From Camelus ferus (lineage: Eukaryota), in assembly GCF_009834535.1 (NCBI RefSeq), contig NC_045696.1, forward strand, positions 78,060,001 to 78,124,000: 64,000 nucleotides of DNA. Reading direction: 5' to 3'. Positions 1 through 12,854 of this stretch are shown here, piece after piece (positions within the stretch are counted from its first letter, which is position 1; every line of letters starts with the position of its first letter). The notes below the pieces were generated by a model, which did not search any database, was not told where the DNA came from, and worked only from the letters and a program-made list of their open reading frames with translations. Position numbers and translations under genes: made by a program.

Positions 1-2197
1 GTGAAGGCAAAGAGGTGATCAGGCTATTTTTAGCATATTGTAAACTGAATCTTAAAACATGCATGCAAATAGAGTTCATCTGAATCCTTATGAGAGTATT
101 ATTTACATATATATATGTATGTACGTATTTTTTTAAATTTTGAGTCTATTCCCTTTAGCTAATTGCCAATGCTGGAATAAATGTATCTATGTCTCCATGT
201 GGCTCTGGTGTTTCAATTTAAAAGTTTCTTACTAATCATTGCCATGGCTGATTTTGCTACTTCTAATGGGGATTTCTGTTAGTGAACAAAACCCTGAATG
301 ACTGCAGAATGGAGGGGGTAAAAAAAAAAAAAAAAAAAAAAAAGAAAGTTACAGTGATAACAGCTACATATACCTCAGTCTTGAGAGTAAAGTCAGACCA
401 AAGGTTGAGTCACAAACCCAAGGACATTGGGACAGAGGCTAAAAGAAATCAAGATTATCTGCAGAAGTACCACATTACCCTTCCCCTCTCTATCCAAATT
501 TCCTCTTCATTAAGAGCTGCTGAGTTGCTGAATAAATGTAATAAACATTACCCAAACTTTCCTTGTAAGAACCATTCATATTTCTCTGAACCCTCTAGGT
601 GGATTTCAAAAGTCTGCGGGACAAGAGATAGGTAGATTGGTGGGGATTTAAACAATTATCCAAAGTTAAATCATTTTTATCCAAATTATTTTCCTTTTTA
701 CTCCCTTCCCCTGTCTCCTTCTTCCTGAGAACATTTAAGAAAATCAAAAGGCTCTAAAGGCTGTCATGGTGCTTTTAAAGTTGTAAAAGCAGCTGATGTG
801 ACAGGCTTTCAAATAAAAACACATCCAGTAACTGTGGATTAAGCGTTCTTAAAAGCATACTAAGAATGGAAAGTTGTCCCTGACCAGCTCTATTAAGTAA
901 CAGAACAGTAAATGACAATTTTCTGGTAACCTCACTCATGCCATACTCATCATAGATTGATCTGGGTTAATTGTAGGAATGTAAGTCAGGGCTTTCTAAT
1001 GTGTATAGAAAAATGTTTCAGTATTTTCATTTATCTGTTCATTTATAAAGCACATAAACATACTACATTTCTACTGTGTTAGAATTTACCATATTATAAA
1101 GTGAGTCAATTATAAAACATTTTAAAATGAATTTTAGGTGTCCATTCCTTAATTTGGTGGAGGAAATAAGTGATTAAAAATAGAGATATAAAAGCAGTAT
1201 AAAATATGATCCTTGTATTTAACTTGTGAAAATACAAATAATGTGTATGAAACAACAACAACAACAAAACATGACTAGAGTTTAAATGTGAGATCTGTGT
1301 TAGCTTGACTAACTAGAGAGGGCCTTACAAAAGAAGACAGTCTTGAGATAAGCCAAAGCGATGGCGAAGAGGTTGAACATTCTACATAGAAAATGAGATA
1401 GAAAATATCTGGAAAACAAGAACTAGATTCTTTGTCTAAACAAACTTGAAATATCCACAAAAATACATTAAAAATAGAATTTCCATGTCCAAATTCTTAA
1501 AAAAAAAAGCTTAATTATACACATGATATATTACATGAAATCTGATATTGTGGAAGGTTCTAGATCAAATATGGCATTCAATGCAAAGATAGTAATCACC
1601 TGTACAGATACACAAAGAGTTTGAGCATGCCTACATGTTTTCTATTTAAAAATCAGTTTTAATATTCTTTTAAAATGTGTTAGGTTTACTAGACTGATCA
1701 ATAAATTTACATAAAACAGTTGAACCTTGAGAAAATATAACTGCAAAAGGATTTTTAATCTATTATCAAAACCAGTAATATGTACAAGTGAGAGCTTACA
1801 GCCTGCTTTAAAAATCTTACACATGGAAAGTGATACTAGAAGAGGCAATTAACCCTAATCTTGTAATAACAAATTATACGAATTTTTTTAAGGAAAATAA
1901 ACCTAAGGATAAATGATCTAAAATTATACAATAATTAAATGCCTTAGCATTTATCTATACAGATGTTTATAGATGGAGGTAGATTTGGAAGTGAAATATG
2001 ATCATTAGCAAAGCATTTCTTTATTAATACATGAAATTAATGTCCTTAAAATATTTTGAGATAAAGTTATCTTTCCCCTTGACTGTTCAGTGTGCAGTAA
2101 GCTACAATCTGCATCCAGAGGAGTGCCTGGTCTAGTCCTTCTCACCGAGAATTCCCTGTTTGGTGCGGATATGTATCCATTCATTGTCTCAGCACAG

Positions 2198-2935
2198 TTT
2201 TTTAAAAAAATTTCACCTTTACTGAGACATAAGTGGTGTATAAAATTGTAAGATATTTAAAGTGTGCATCATGCTAATTTGATACACATATACACTGTAA
2301 AAGTATCTAGTTAATTAACACATCCGTCACCTCACAAATTTCTTTTTTTTTTTTCTGGGTGAGAACATTTAAGTTCTACTCTTAGCAAATTTCAATTCTA
2401 CGATAAAGCGTTATCAACTGCAGTCACCTCACTTTACTTTAGATCCTCAGAACTTACTCACCTTAATAGCTGAAACTGTGTACCTTTTATCAGCCTTTAT
2501 TTCCCTCACCCTCTGGCAATCGCCATTCCACTGTTTCTGTGAGTTTGACTTTTTTTGGAATTGCAAAATATGCCATGCAGTATTTGCCTTTCTCTATCGG
2601 GCTTCATTTAGGATAAAGCCCTCAAGGTCCACCAATGTTATCACAAATGGCAGATTTCCTTAGGAGGCTGAGTAATATTCCTGTGAGTGTGCGTGTGAAG
2701 GCCACAGTCTGTTTCTCTATCTTGGATATTACGAATAATGCTGCAGTCAACGTGAGAGTGCAGGTATCTCTTGAATACCCTGTCTTCATTTCTTTTGGAT
2801 ATATATATACCCAGAATTGGGATTGCTGAATCATACGGTAATTCTATTTTTAATTTTTTGCATAACCCCTATACTGTTTTCTATAGTGGCTGCATCAATT
2901 TACACTCCCACCAACAATGAAAAAGGGTTTATTCC
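2198..2935 (-). mobile_element. LINE-1 3' end (ORF2 C-terminus plus 3' UTR, L1MA-like), 5'-truncated
   Basis: T-rich tail followed by reverse-complement L1 3' UTR motifs (ctcttagcaaatttcaa; ggatatatatatacccagaattgggattgctgaatcatacggta; cactcccaccaaca). The minus ORF 2622-2834 is a decayed ORF2 C-terminus. Confidence 0.88.
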
Positions 2936-3200
2936 TCCACTAAGCTTCAAATAATACACACTGTGTTTATATGATAGCAAATGTTTAAGTGTATCAAAAA
3001 GGCGGCCAAATTGGTTCCCTCTGAGGTTACTTTTCGTTTTTACAGGCAGATTCCAAAGCAAACAGTCTTAATTTTTGGCGGTATAAACATGTATTTCAAC
3101 TAACATCTCCTATAGCTTTCACTGAGATGCAACGACCTGCCTAATCTTATTCCCTAGTTATTTCCTACCAGGTGCAGTAGGATTTTTTTTTTTTGAAATA

Positions 3201-3698
3201 CAGGTGATCCCTGACTTAGGAAGGTTTGATTTACGGGTTATGTCTTTATGACAGTGCGCAAGTGATATGCATTCAATAGAAACCATACTTCAAATCTGAG
3301 TTTTGATCTTCTCCCAGGCTAGTAATGTGTGGTAAGACACTACCTTGTAATCCTGGGCAGGGCAGCAAGCCGCAGCTCCCAGTCAGCCACACCATCGTGA
3401 GTAAATAATCAATACACTTACAACCATTCTGTGTCCATACAACCCACTCTGTTTTTCACCTTCAGTACAGTATCCAATAAATTACATCATATTCAATGCT
3501 TTATTATAAAATAGGATTTGTGTTAGATGATTTTGCCCACCTGCAGGCTAACACAAGTGTTCTGAGCTTATTTAAGGTAGGCTAGACTAGGCTAGGCTAA
3601 GCTATGATGGTATAGTAAATGCATTTTCAACTTAACAATATTTTCAATTTACGATGGGTTTATCAGGACATAACCACATCTAAGTTGAGGAAGATCTG
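3201..3698 (-). mobile_element. TcMar-Tigger non-autonomous DNA transposon (MER47/Tigger5-like)
   Basis: Left end is TA|CAGGTGATCCCTGACTTAG and right end is CTAAGTTGAGGAAGATCTG|CA, forming imperfect terminal inverted repeats. Internal motifs (gattttgcccacctgcaggctaa; ggctaagctatgatg; tacgatgggtttatcagga) match the recalled MER47 consensus. Confidence 0.85.
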
Positions 3699-5224
3699 CA
3701 CAGCTTACTATGAATGGATAATGTAGAGTACTCAGGAGGTCAATCACAAACTAATATTAATTCTTTTTTCCTGAGTATATTAATTTCTTCACAAAATCTT
3801 CAGTGATTTTATGGATTCTGGTAAAGGGGAGGGGGACACTGTATTCACTATTTTCATTGCAAAGCAGATTTAGTGAACTATAATTAATCACCAATCTTGA
3901 AGAAAAATAAAGTAGAAGATATTTTCAAGAGTGCAAAATGGAGGTAATGGTTAGATGAAGAGAAGGAAATCAAGATAAAATTGAAGAACTAGAAAGGATT
4001 AACAAGTTGGATAGCTAGCAGACAGTCAGAACAAGGATTCCTCAAGTTTCCAATTCCAGGAAGATCAGATGCCTGGCAAGAAATAAACCGATGATTGTGA
4101 ATGCTGATTCCCAGGGTCCTCGCTAAAGATATTTCAAAGTTTCTAAAATGTAGCAGCAAACACAGACAACTTTCTAGTCTTTATTCCATCAAGAAAGGAG
4201 AAGGAAAAATTCCTATTCCTACAGTTTTCTCGCATAAACTCGTATGCTCTCTTGCTTCTAAAATTTTAAGAAAGTGCTTACCTATTCAGCAAGTAATTCC
4301 CATGACCATGTTTTTGATATCTGAATGCAGCTTGCAGTGTATATCCTTATTTATAATGTGTGTATCTACTAATGTGAAGAGGATCTTATTTAGAGATTGC
4401 TATAAAATTCAAACCCATTTTTCATCGTGTTGGCCCTCCTGACATCATCACCCTAGATCATTCTCCCCCTCCAAATTTCAGGAAGTAGTAAAATATTATG
4501 TAACATCTTCTGCCATAAAAAAGCCCAGATGGTTTGAACTAGGAATTAAAGTACGTGGTTTTGAAGAGATATATGATTTTAAGCTTAGACTATAATAAAG
4601 CAACAGATTTACTGTGTCTTAACCCAAATGAGAATTTTCTTTTAAAAAAAAACCTCTTAAAGGTATATTTTCAATCAAAAGCATCAGCACTTTATGTATG
4701 AATCTGAAATGAAAACTGACATTAAAATCCACATTAAGGAGGTTTAGCTTTCGGCAGATGGGAGGATGGGCTTTCTTTTCCTAGTGCTGTTGCTGGAACA
4801 TTTTAGTAATTTCAATAAGGATAAACCTCTGCAGTTAGCTTAGATTAAATATCCACTTGCCCTAGGGTTTCATATAAAATGAATCCAAGTTTAAGAGTTC
4901 CTTTTGTATCTGACTTGTCACTGTTAATGGTACATTACTTGTAGGGAGTGTGTCTGGTGATCTGTCTACTTCCATGAGCCAAAGAAAGCTCTAATTCCAG
5001 CTAGTAGATTTATACACAGTTGAAGAGTTAAACTCTTCTGAGACAGACACACAGTGTGAACTTTTGCAAGAGAAAGGAAACGTATACTCACTCCATCTGA
5101 TATGTAGAAATATTACATAAAATAGCACAACCAAACAGAAGTTTACATTTAAGATGATAGTTCCCACTTTATAGATAAATGTAAGTTTCCCTGGATATCT
5201 AAATGGAAATGCTACAACTTGGAA

Positions 5225-5420
5225 TAGGAAAGGGGCATGAATCGTCCAGTCCTAGATTCCAATCCTTTAGTCTATGTTCTACTACTGCCTAATAAACTGT
5301 GTAACTGAAAAATAATCACTGAGGGCCCCAGTTTACCCATGTGTACAGGGGATATAATACCTTAAAGACAGGGTTGTGGAAAAGACTAAACTGAAATGAA
5401 GTCACATATGTTATCTTGTA
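5225..5420 (+). mobile_element. MIR SINE relic
   Basis: Degenerate MIR core: ctgtgtaact...ccccagtttacccatgtgtacaggggatataatacct...agggttgtgg. Confidence 0.6.
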
Positions 5421-5749
5421 CACTGCAAAATCACCTTCTCATCAGAAGAGGGTTCTTAAATTAGACTTTTCAAAGGAAACATTCTTAAGTATAAAAGAAG
5501 AGGTAGGTAGAGGGCTGCAAAGTCATCAAAACATTGGCACACTATGGGTAAGTTTCCATTTTCAAAATTATTCTTGTCAGAGTTTGGCTAATCACACACT
5601 GCCTAAAATTCCACTTGTTACTTTGAACTTTAACAATATAAGAGGCTTAGACTCAGCTGTTCAACCAGCTAATATGAAGCAGTCTCAGAGCTGAAAAGAG
5701 AGTTAGGTTTGTTATTCTCGGATATATCAACCAGACCCACCCATTAAGT

Positions 5750-6370
5750 TATTCACTCATTCAATACGTAGTTTTTGAGAAACACCTAGCATGTATGAGG
5801 ACTAAGCATGTTGTTAAAAGCTGAAGGTATAAAAGCAGAGAAAAACAGACAACATCTTTTCCTATTTTAAATTATCATCTAGTAGGGAGGTCACATGCCA
5901 AATAGTATTTCACCAACACACTATATTACAAACAGTCATTTGTTAAGAAAAGGGGGAACAAGTTATTCAGAAGGCCCAATATATTCTTTGGGATCAGAGA
6001 AGCATTATCTAAGGAAGAAACAATATGTGATTTGAAAGTCAAATAGAATTGTGTGGAGAAAAGGGTAGGAGGAGGAAGATCCAGGCAGAAGAGACCAGAA
6101 TGAATAAATATCCTGAGACAGAAGAGTAAATGATATATTTTAGGGACGAGAAGAACACGTAGCTAAGAAATAAAGTTGCACGAGATGAGTTATGCAAATA
6201 TCAGATTATTAAGGGATCTGTAAGTAGCACTAAGCATTTTGGTCTGTCAGTGGAGAATGTGCTTATGACAATGAGAACACGCTGGGGAGTGTTAAGCACA
6301 GACTGATATGACCAGGTAAAGATGACTTGGACTGCTGAATGAAAGGTGGACTGAAAATGAAGAACATTGG
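5750..6370 (-). mobile_element. LINE-2 3' fragment
   Basis: Starts with attcactcattcaa...tttttgag...cacctagcatgt (reverse complement of the L2 tail), followed by typical purine-rich antisense L2 sequence. Confidence 0.65.
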
Positions 6371-8803
6371 CTAAAGATACTTCTGTATCTGGAACCATGG
6401 CCATTTTATTAGATTAACACACTGGCTCCCATTCTCCAGTTCCCTCCTCTACTGGTTTGTAAATCCACAGCCTTTCCATAACCTCATGGCTTTCATGAGA
6501 GGGAGAATAATTTAGGAATTCTGTCTTGAGTATCTCATAATAAAATGCATTGTCTGTATCAGATAGTCAAAGTATGAATATGGGTATTTTTGACACCAAG
6601 TTAAAATCTTATTTGATAAAATTAAATCAAACACAAATTTCAGTTTGAGGTGCAACACATGGTAAATATGTTCTAATATACTGGTTTCAGTGGTTCTAAA
6701 CCCTTGGTCTCTGAGTGAGCATACTGGGAGTCTTACTCTGAACAATTACAAATGTTTTTATTTTTTTCTGAGTTGCCCTAAGGATACAAACAACAATTGT
6801 TGATTAGAACCAGGTCCAGCCTCTAGATAGCATATATCAGTCCCTCTAGAACTGAGGACTGGGGATGGGGTGGGAAGATGAGGTGAATGGGTAAATAAAA
6901 GGATTAGTCAAATTAGCTTGACTGCATCATGCAGGCCGGAAGACGACAGAAGTGGATTTCATGTTAATGAAAACTGAACTTCCTCCTTACTCTAAATACC
7001 TATTTTTAGAGTTCTATTTTTTTCTGCTCCAATTACAAAAATTCAATGTGAATTTTTTCATATCTGCTTAGTCATTTTCCCATGACTTGCCAAAACCTGC
7101 TGAAAGCTATGGGGTTAAAGAACACATCTGCAAAGGGTTTCTCAAAAGCCTTGCTGGGACAAGAATTGTTTTTTAATTATACCACAAAGAGAAATGGAGA
7201 CCTTGTTAGTTGAACTCAACAATGAAATAATTCTGTTCAAATGACAGATAACAGGTACTTTATGATAAATGTTTATATTATGTTGTTCCTTATGTATACG
7301 CACCCTATAGTGAATACTAATATTTATAGAGCACAATTTTTATTAAAAAGAAGCAGTTTTTCTATATGGATGCATTTTTACTGAAATTCATTATTTTACA
7401 ACTAAAGAAATAGCACTAAATTGGTTTACATCATGTAAGTGTCATATTAACTTCTGGTGGAGACCAGAGTTGCAATTTGAATTTGACAAAAGGAAATGGC
7501 CCTAAGAGTTTTCTTAGAATCATTATTATATTCCTAAATTGTTTTCTATAAATACTTTTTTTAAAAGAACAACTAAAAAGTACTAATATACTTTGTTGAT
7601 AGCTTAGGCATAATACTTGGAATTTTCATGTCTGATCCTATTTGACCTTTGTATTTTAGAATTAGAACATGTCATAACTTTTTATCAGATAAATTTTGAG
7701 CTCTAATATGCATAAAGATACCATGTAGGAAGAGATACATACATGACAAGTGTCCTCAAGACACTTGACTTCTACCTGGCTAAAATTTGTACTAATGTAC
7801 TGATGTTGTTAGAAGACACTTCACAGCTGTCAGAGAGGAAATACAAATTGTTCACATCTCTGCTGTGATGTTGCCCCCTACGTTGTAAACTGCACAAATG
7901 ACACCTGTATGCAGTGGTCCTGGTAAATGAACTCCACACACCTGGGTATGAATGGAAAAGCTATGTTAGAGTTTAGGTTTCATGAAATACACAAGCAAAA
8001 GACTCCCCCATTTAATTTTTGAAAATCTTAAGATCCTCATGAAAACATTGAGAAAGTAAACTACTTCTTTTATATAAATATATATTCTTCATCAAGCTAT
8101 TTGGAACGACATTCTCAGAAGCTGCCTGAGTTTTCTCTTATACATCTTCAGTCAGAAAACCTATTTACACATAGGTAAACTGGAAAGTGGCCTTTGATGT
8201 TCACATTTGATTTTTCACCATTATTGCACTCTGGCTGCTTTTTAATATCAGAAACACTTCAACAGTGTTACCTTATCTTTACTGCCACCATTTCAAAAGG
8301 TGTTAGCCCATAAAAAGTACACGAGCATTGAGGAGCTGTTTGGCTAATAAAGTAAAGCAGAGGATCAGAGATAGCAGGCGTTTTGTGTTATAACTCTTAG
8401 AATTTCATGAGGGTTTACTTCTAAGTATTCATCATTTCAACAAGTACTCAATTAAATGAATAATGCCCTTTTGTGAATCATCTTCAAGAGCATGAAAAGA
8501 ATTATTACATCTGATAGTACCAAAATACAACTCTATGTGAAAATTATGGGTCCTATTTACCTACCCTCACAAGAGAAAATGGGCTTGTATGATCTTGAAG
8601 TTCACCTTCAGTTCAGTTCACTTAGGGAACACGTTGTGGCAAGTATTACATTAATTTTAAAATGAATAGGTGAACTTGTGAGTAAAATGATTCTCTCGAT
8701 GTAATAGGTTGAGCCAGGATTTAAGTCCTGAAATGTTTGCTTCCAGAACCTGTGCCACTGGCACTAACTTTGCTCCTCCATTATTTAATCTTGTGGTGCT
8801 ATT

Positions 8804-8939
8804 TTTTTAAACTTTTTTTGCTATTTATTTTATTTTATTTTTTAATTGAAATGTAGTCAGTTTACAATGTTCTGTCAATTTCTAGCGTACAGCACAATGC
8901 TTCAGTCATACACGAATCAAGAATATGAAAACAAATATA
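8804..8939 (-). mobile_element. Very short L1 3' UTR insertion with a 12-bp target-site duplication (TSD) and a tiny 5' inversion
   Basis: TGTGGTGCTATT occurs at 8792-8803 and 8940-8951. Between them lie a T-rich tail, antisense L1 3' UTR (ttgaaatgtagtcagtttacaatg...), and then ~22 nt of sense L1 (caagaatatgaaaacaaatata). Confidence 0.85.
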
Positions 8940-9143
8940 TGTGGTGCTATTCTAAATGGGAGAGGGGAACTGTGTCATATCAAAACAAAATTCACAGAGT
9001 TCATTAATATTCTAAACTTTGACACTGTAACTCCTAAGTAGAATAGCATTCAAAGTGTAAAATTCAAAATACTGGGTACAACAGCCAAGACATGGAAGCA
9101 ACCTAAATGTCCATCAACAGATGACTGGATAAAGAAGTTGTGG

Positions 9144-9162
9144 TATACATATACATATTATT

Positions 9163-9196
<34 letters not shown>

Positions 9197-9320
9197 TATA
9201 TAATATATGTATATATATACACACATATATAATATATATGTATATATATACACATATATAATATATGTATATATACACACACATATATAGTGTGTGTATA
9301 TATATATGCACATACATACA
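9144..9320. repeat. Compound (TA)/(CA) microsatellite with a higher-order ~25-31 bp unit
   Basis: The unit cacacatatataatatatgtatatatata repeats about 4 times after (TA)n(CA)n. Confidence 0.9.
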
Positions 9321-9594
9321 ATGGAATACTACTCAGCCATAAAAAATAATGAAATAAAAGCCATTTGCAGAAGCACAGATAAACTTAGAGATTATCATAC
9401 TAAGTGAAGTAAGTCAAAGACAAATATATGATATCACTTATATGTGGAACCTAAGTAAAATTACACAAATGAACTGATTCACAAATGGAACAGAAAGAGA
9501 CTCACAGACACAGAAAACAGACTTAATGTTACCAAAGGGGAAAGGGAGCGGGAGGGATAAATTAGTAGTTTGGGATTAGCAGATACAAACTATT

Positions 9595-9646
9595 GTGTGT
9601 GTGTATGTGTATATATATATATATACACATACACACACACACACAC
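9595..9646. repeat. Palindromic compound microsatellite
   Basis: (GT)5 AT (GT)2 (AT)7 (AC)2 AT (AC)8. Confidence 0.92.
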
Positions 9647-12600
9647 AATAGATAAGCGAGGTCCTATAGTATAGCACACAGAACTATTCAATAGTTCATA
9701 ATAACCTATAATGAAAAAGAATATATACATGTATAACTGAATCACTATTCTATACACCAGAAACTAACAGAACATTGTTAATCAACTATACTTCAATAAA
9801 AAAAATACTATGCATGTAACATTTTTACTCTCTTTTGTTGTAATAGTATACTATCTTGAGTATTTTGTGAAACATTTCTATTTATACTTAAAAGTGTATT
9901 AACTTACAGCCAGCTTATCTAAAATATCCAAAGAATTTTTAAAAGCCTATTATTTGATACTTCTTTTAGTTTGCTGAAAAAATTAATAATAGTAGTAACA
10001 TGCTTCTTTTAAATTACTTCAAACAGAAATGTATAAAGGAAAAATAAAAACTACCTTTATATCCATCACAGATATATATCCAAAACAAAATGTGATAGAA
10101 ATACCAATTCTTTAACCCTCAATCCCCACCAGAGAATTCATTATGAAATACTTTCATACTAGGGTTAATGAGAATAAATGATCTTTTGATCTATGCAACA
10201 ACTGTTTGATCCATGAAAGTTTCTTAACCTTTTTGTGTATCATCTTTAAATTAAGAATTTATCATAGATAATCTTCAGTGATAATCCTTCCTAAGTGAAC
10301 AAAATATACAAGATTCTAATATGGAAGATAACTTAGTGTAGCAACTGAAAACCCTTGGCATTGATTTGGAATAAAAAACTTGCATTATAATAGAGTATGT
10401 TAAAACAAAATACTTGTAGAAAGATAAATTATTTTGGCTACTTGCAAATATGCCACCAAATTAAACTTTAGTGAATTTTTCATGTCTATAGACATATGTG
10501 TGAACATAAATTGTATGATAAGAACATAAACACACACATAAGGTTGCAATCAAAATAAGCATTCATTTTCATATATATTTATGAACCTAGATGAAAATGA
10601 GAAGCCTGATGTTTTGGAATTAAAATAAAAACATATTAAAATCATTATGGGACTCTAATATTAATGTGCATAAACCATATCAAATAAGCTAAATGTTTGG
10701 AGAAGACCTATGAAAAATGGATATTCTATATCAATGAAATATAAAATATCAAATATTACTCCTTTTCTTATCCTGATCTGTAATTTACCTACATGTTATT
10801 ATTCTTACATGTTATTGCTATATTGTCAAGATTATGTTTACTTTTCTCACACTTCTACCATAGTTCTTTCCTCCATTAGAAAAGGTTATACTTAAAACTA
10901 AGATATCAGTGCCTTACCTTAAATCAGATAAATAGCCCAAGAGAACTGATTAAACAATTTATAAAATTTGGTTTCTATGGACCTAGAATTACAGATGGAA
11001 TTATCCCATTTTATATGAGAAATGGGATACATATTATATGATTTTCAAGTATTCCTAGATGTATCTTCTCCATTAAAAAAAAATAATAAATGGTTTTGTG
11101 GGATAGAGAAGGCAGTACCAAGGATGACATATTATAGCAGAAGGAAGCCTCTCAGCCCTCAATATTTATCTGATGTCAAATGCAGCAAGTTCAATGCATC
11201 ATACATTTATGTGATCAAGTAAATTGCTAGAAGCAAATTTGACATTAAGATGATAAATATGGCTATTAACAGAAATCAGGGTCTACGGTAATCAGATCCA
11301 ATAAACTAATTAATCTTGGCACTGTCACAAAAATTCCTTGAAACTGGAATAATAACCTAAAGCATAAGTAGCACATTTCAAACAATTTAGCCTTCTGTCT
11401 CCTACGAGGAGATACTAAACCACATACACTGTAACTCCATAACTTGTAGTGAATTATCAAAGATTAATGTATATATTTCTCAAGATTAAATATGTATAAA
11501 GACTAAACATATATATTAATATTAAATATGTATATGTGTATATATATTAAGAACACTATTCTATGCATTTTTAAATGAAGCAAATCTAACATATCTAGAG
11601 ATTGTACTATCTAACAATGCTTGGGACAGATCCTTTTTCCACTTTTGCATATCTTTTTCTTGCTAAGATGAACCCAGTAAGTTTTTGTTTATTTTTAATA
11701 ATATTGTCCTGATATTTCCTGGTCTTTGTCAGCTGCTCGTGGGGCAGAGTATTCATATTTCCCGGTAATTGAAATTTCTCCGGCATTCTGAGATATCTAA
11801 ACAGTAAGCGAATATAATTATTCAAGCTCCCCATCTGAAAAGAAGTGTGCCTACCATTAAGATCTACTTTGCTCAGGTATGTATTTTTTAAATGTATTTT
11901 AACAAAAAGAAACAATGAACAAATCACGAATCCTGCCTCCAACTTACAGGCCTAGTTAGTGCACCAAACCGGTTTTCTCAACTAATAATTTGAAACTATT
12001 CCTTTTTTTGTGTGAAGGTTTTGTGAACAGCTAACAAAAATCACTCCAATACTGGAAGACGTTGACAGTAGCCCAGCAGGTACTTCTCATTTCCCCATTA
12101 AACATTCCATATGCATCCATCAAGCCATTACAATATCCCGCATATCCGTCAGCCCTTGCTAAGCTATCACATCCAAGCATGCACCCTAAGATGTTTCTTA
12201 TGAAATATTCATAAATATTTTCAAGTTACACATTCCTCTCATTCAAGGTAAGATTTAATGGCTACATTTTCCTGAAGAAGTTAATGCGAACTCTTCTCTA
12301 ATAATAGACGAGCTCAGATATGTAAGCGCCCCATGATTTCACTCAGACCAGGCACTCTGGTCTGGAACAAATTCAACACCAACCAATTCACGTTCAGCCT
12401 TCTCTTGTTAGGTGCTTAAGGCTATGTCTTCCTGGCTGTCAGTAATCTGATACAAATATTAAAATTCAGTCAATGTAGATGAAGAGTAATTAAACTATAA
12501 TGACTATATTCAAGCCACCAGTTGACTTTTTACCATACTTTGTGGGGAGAATATCAAGTGACATTCTTTTAACCCTTAAACCAGATTCTGGGCAGCTAAA

Positions 12601-12854
12601 TCGGTAAATCTGAATCCGCTGTTTTGATTAAGGGCAGAAGCCGACTGAAAGACTCTCCACATAAACGGGAAATCCTGTCCAAATGGAAAGCATATCTTAT
12701 ACCCAATCAGTTCACATGGAGGGAGAACACATTAAATTAATGCTTAAACAGAGGCATTTACAGGGACCTGTGGAGAATCCTGGTTTAGTCCACTCTTATC
12801 CACACTCCTCTCCCAACTTTTTTATTTTGAAAAATTATGTTTCCTTAATGAAAA

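Larger units (their letters stand above)
9077..9805 (+). mobile_element. LINE-1 3' end (ORF2 C-terminus, 3' UTR, poly-A)
   Basis: acagccaagacatggaagcaacctaaatgtccatcaacagatg...caatggaatactactcagccataaaa...aactatacttcAATAAAaaaaa. Homologous to the copy at 41200-41745. Confidence 0.93.

Noticed and set aside
282..635. 117-aa ORF with a poly-lysine run
   Set aside because: The lysine run comes from a poly-A tract. The ORF starts at GTG, has no recognisable homology, and is antisense within an intron.
9191..9306. CRISPR-like repeat array
   Set aside because: These are low-complexity tandem units without unique spacers, in mammalian DNA with no cas genes.
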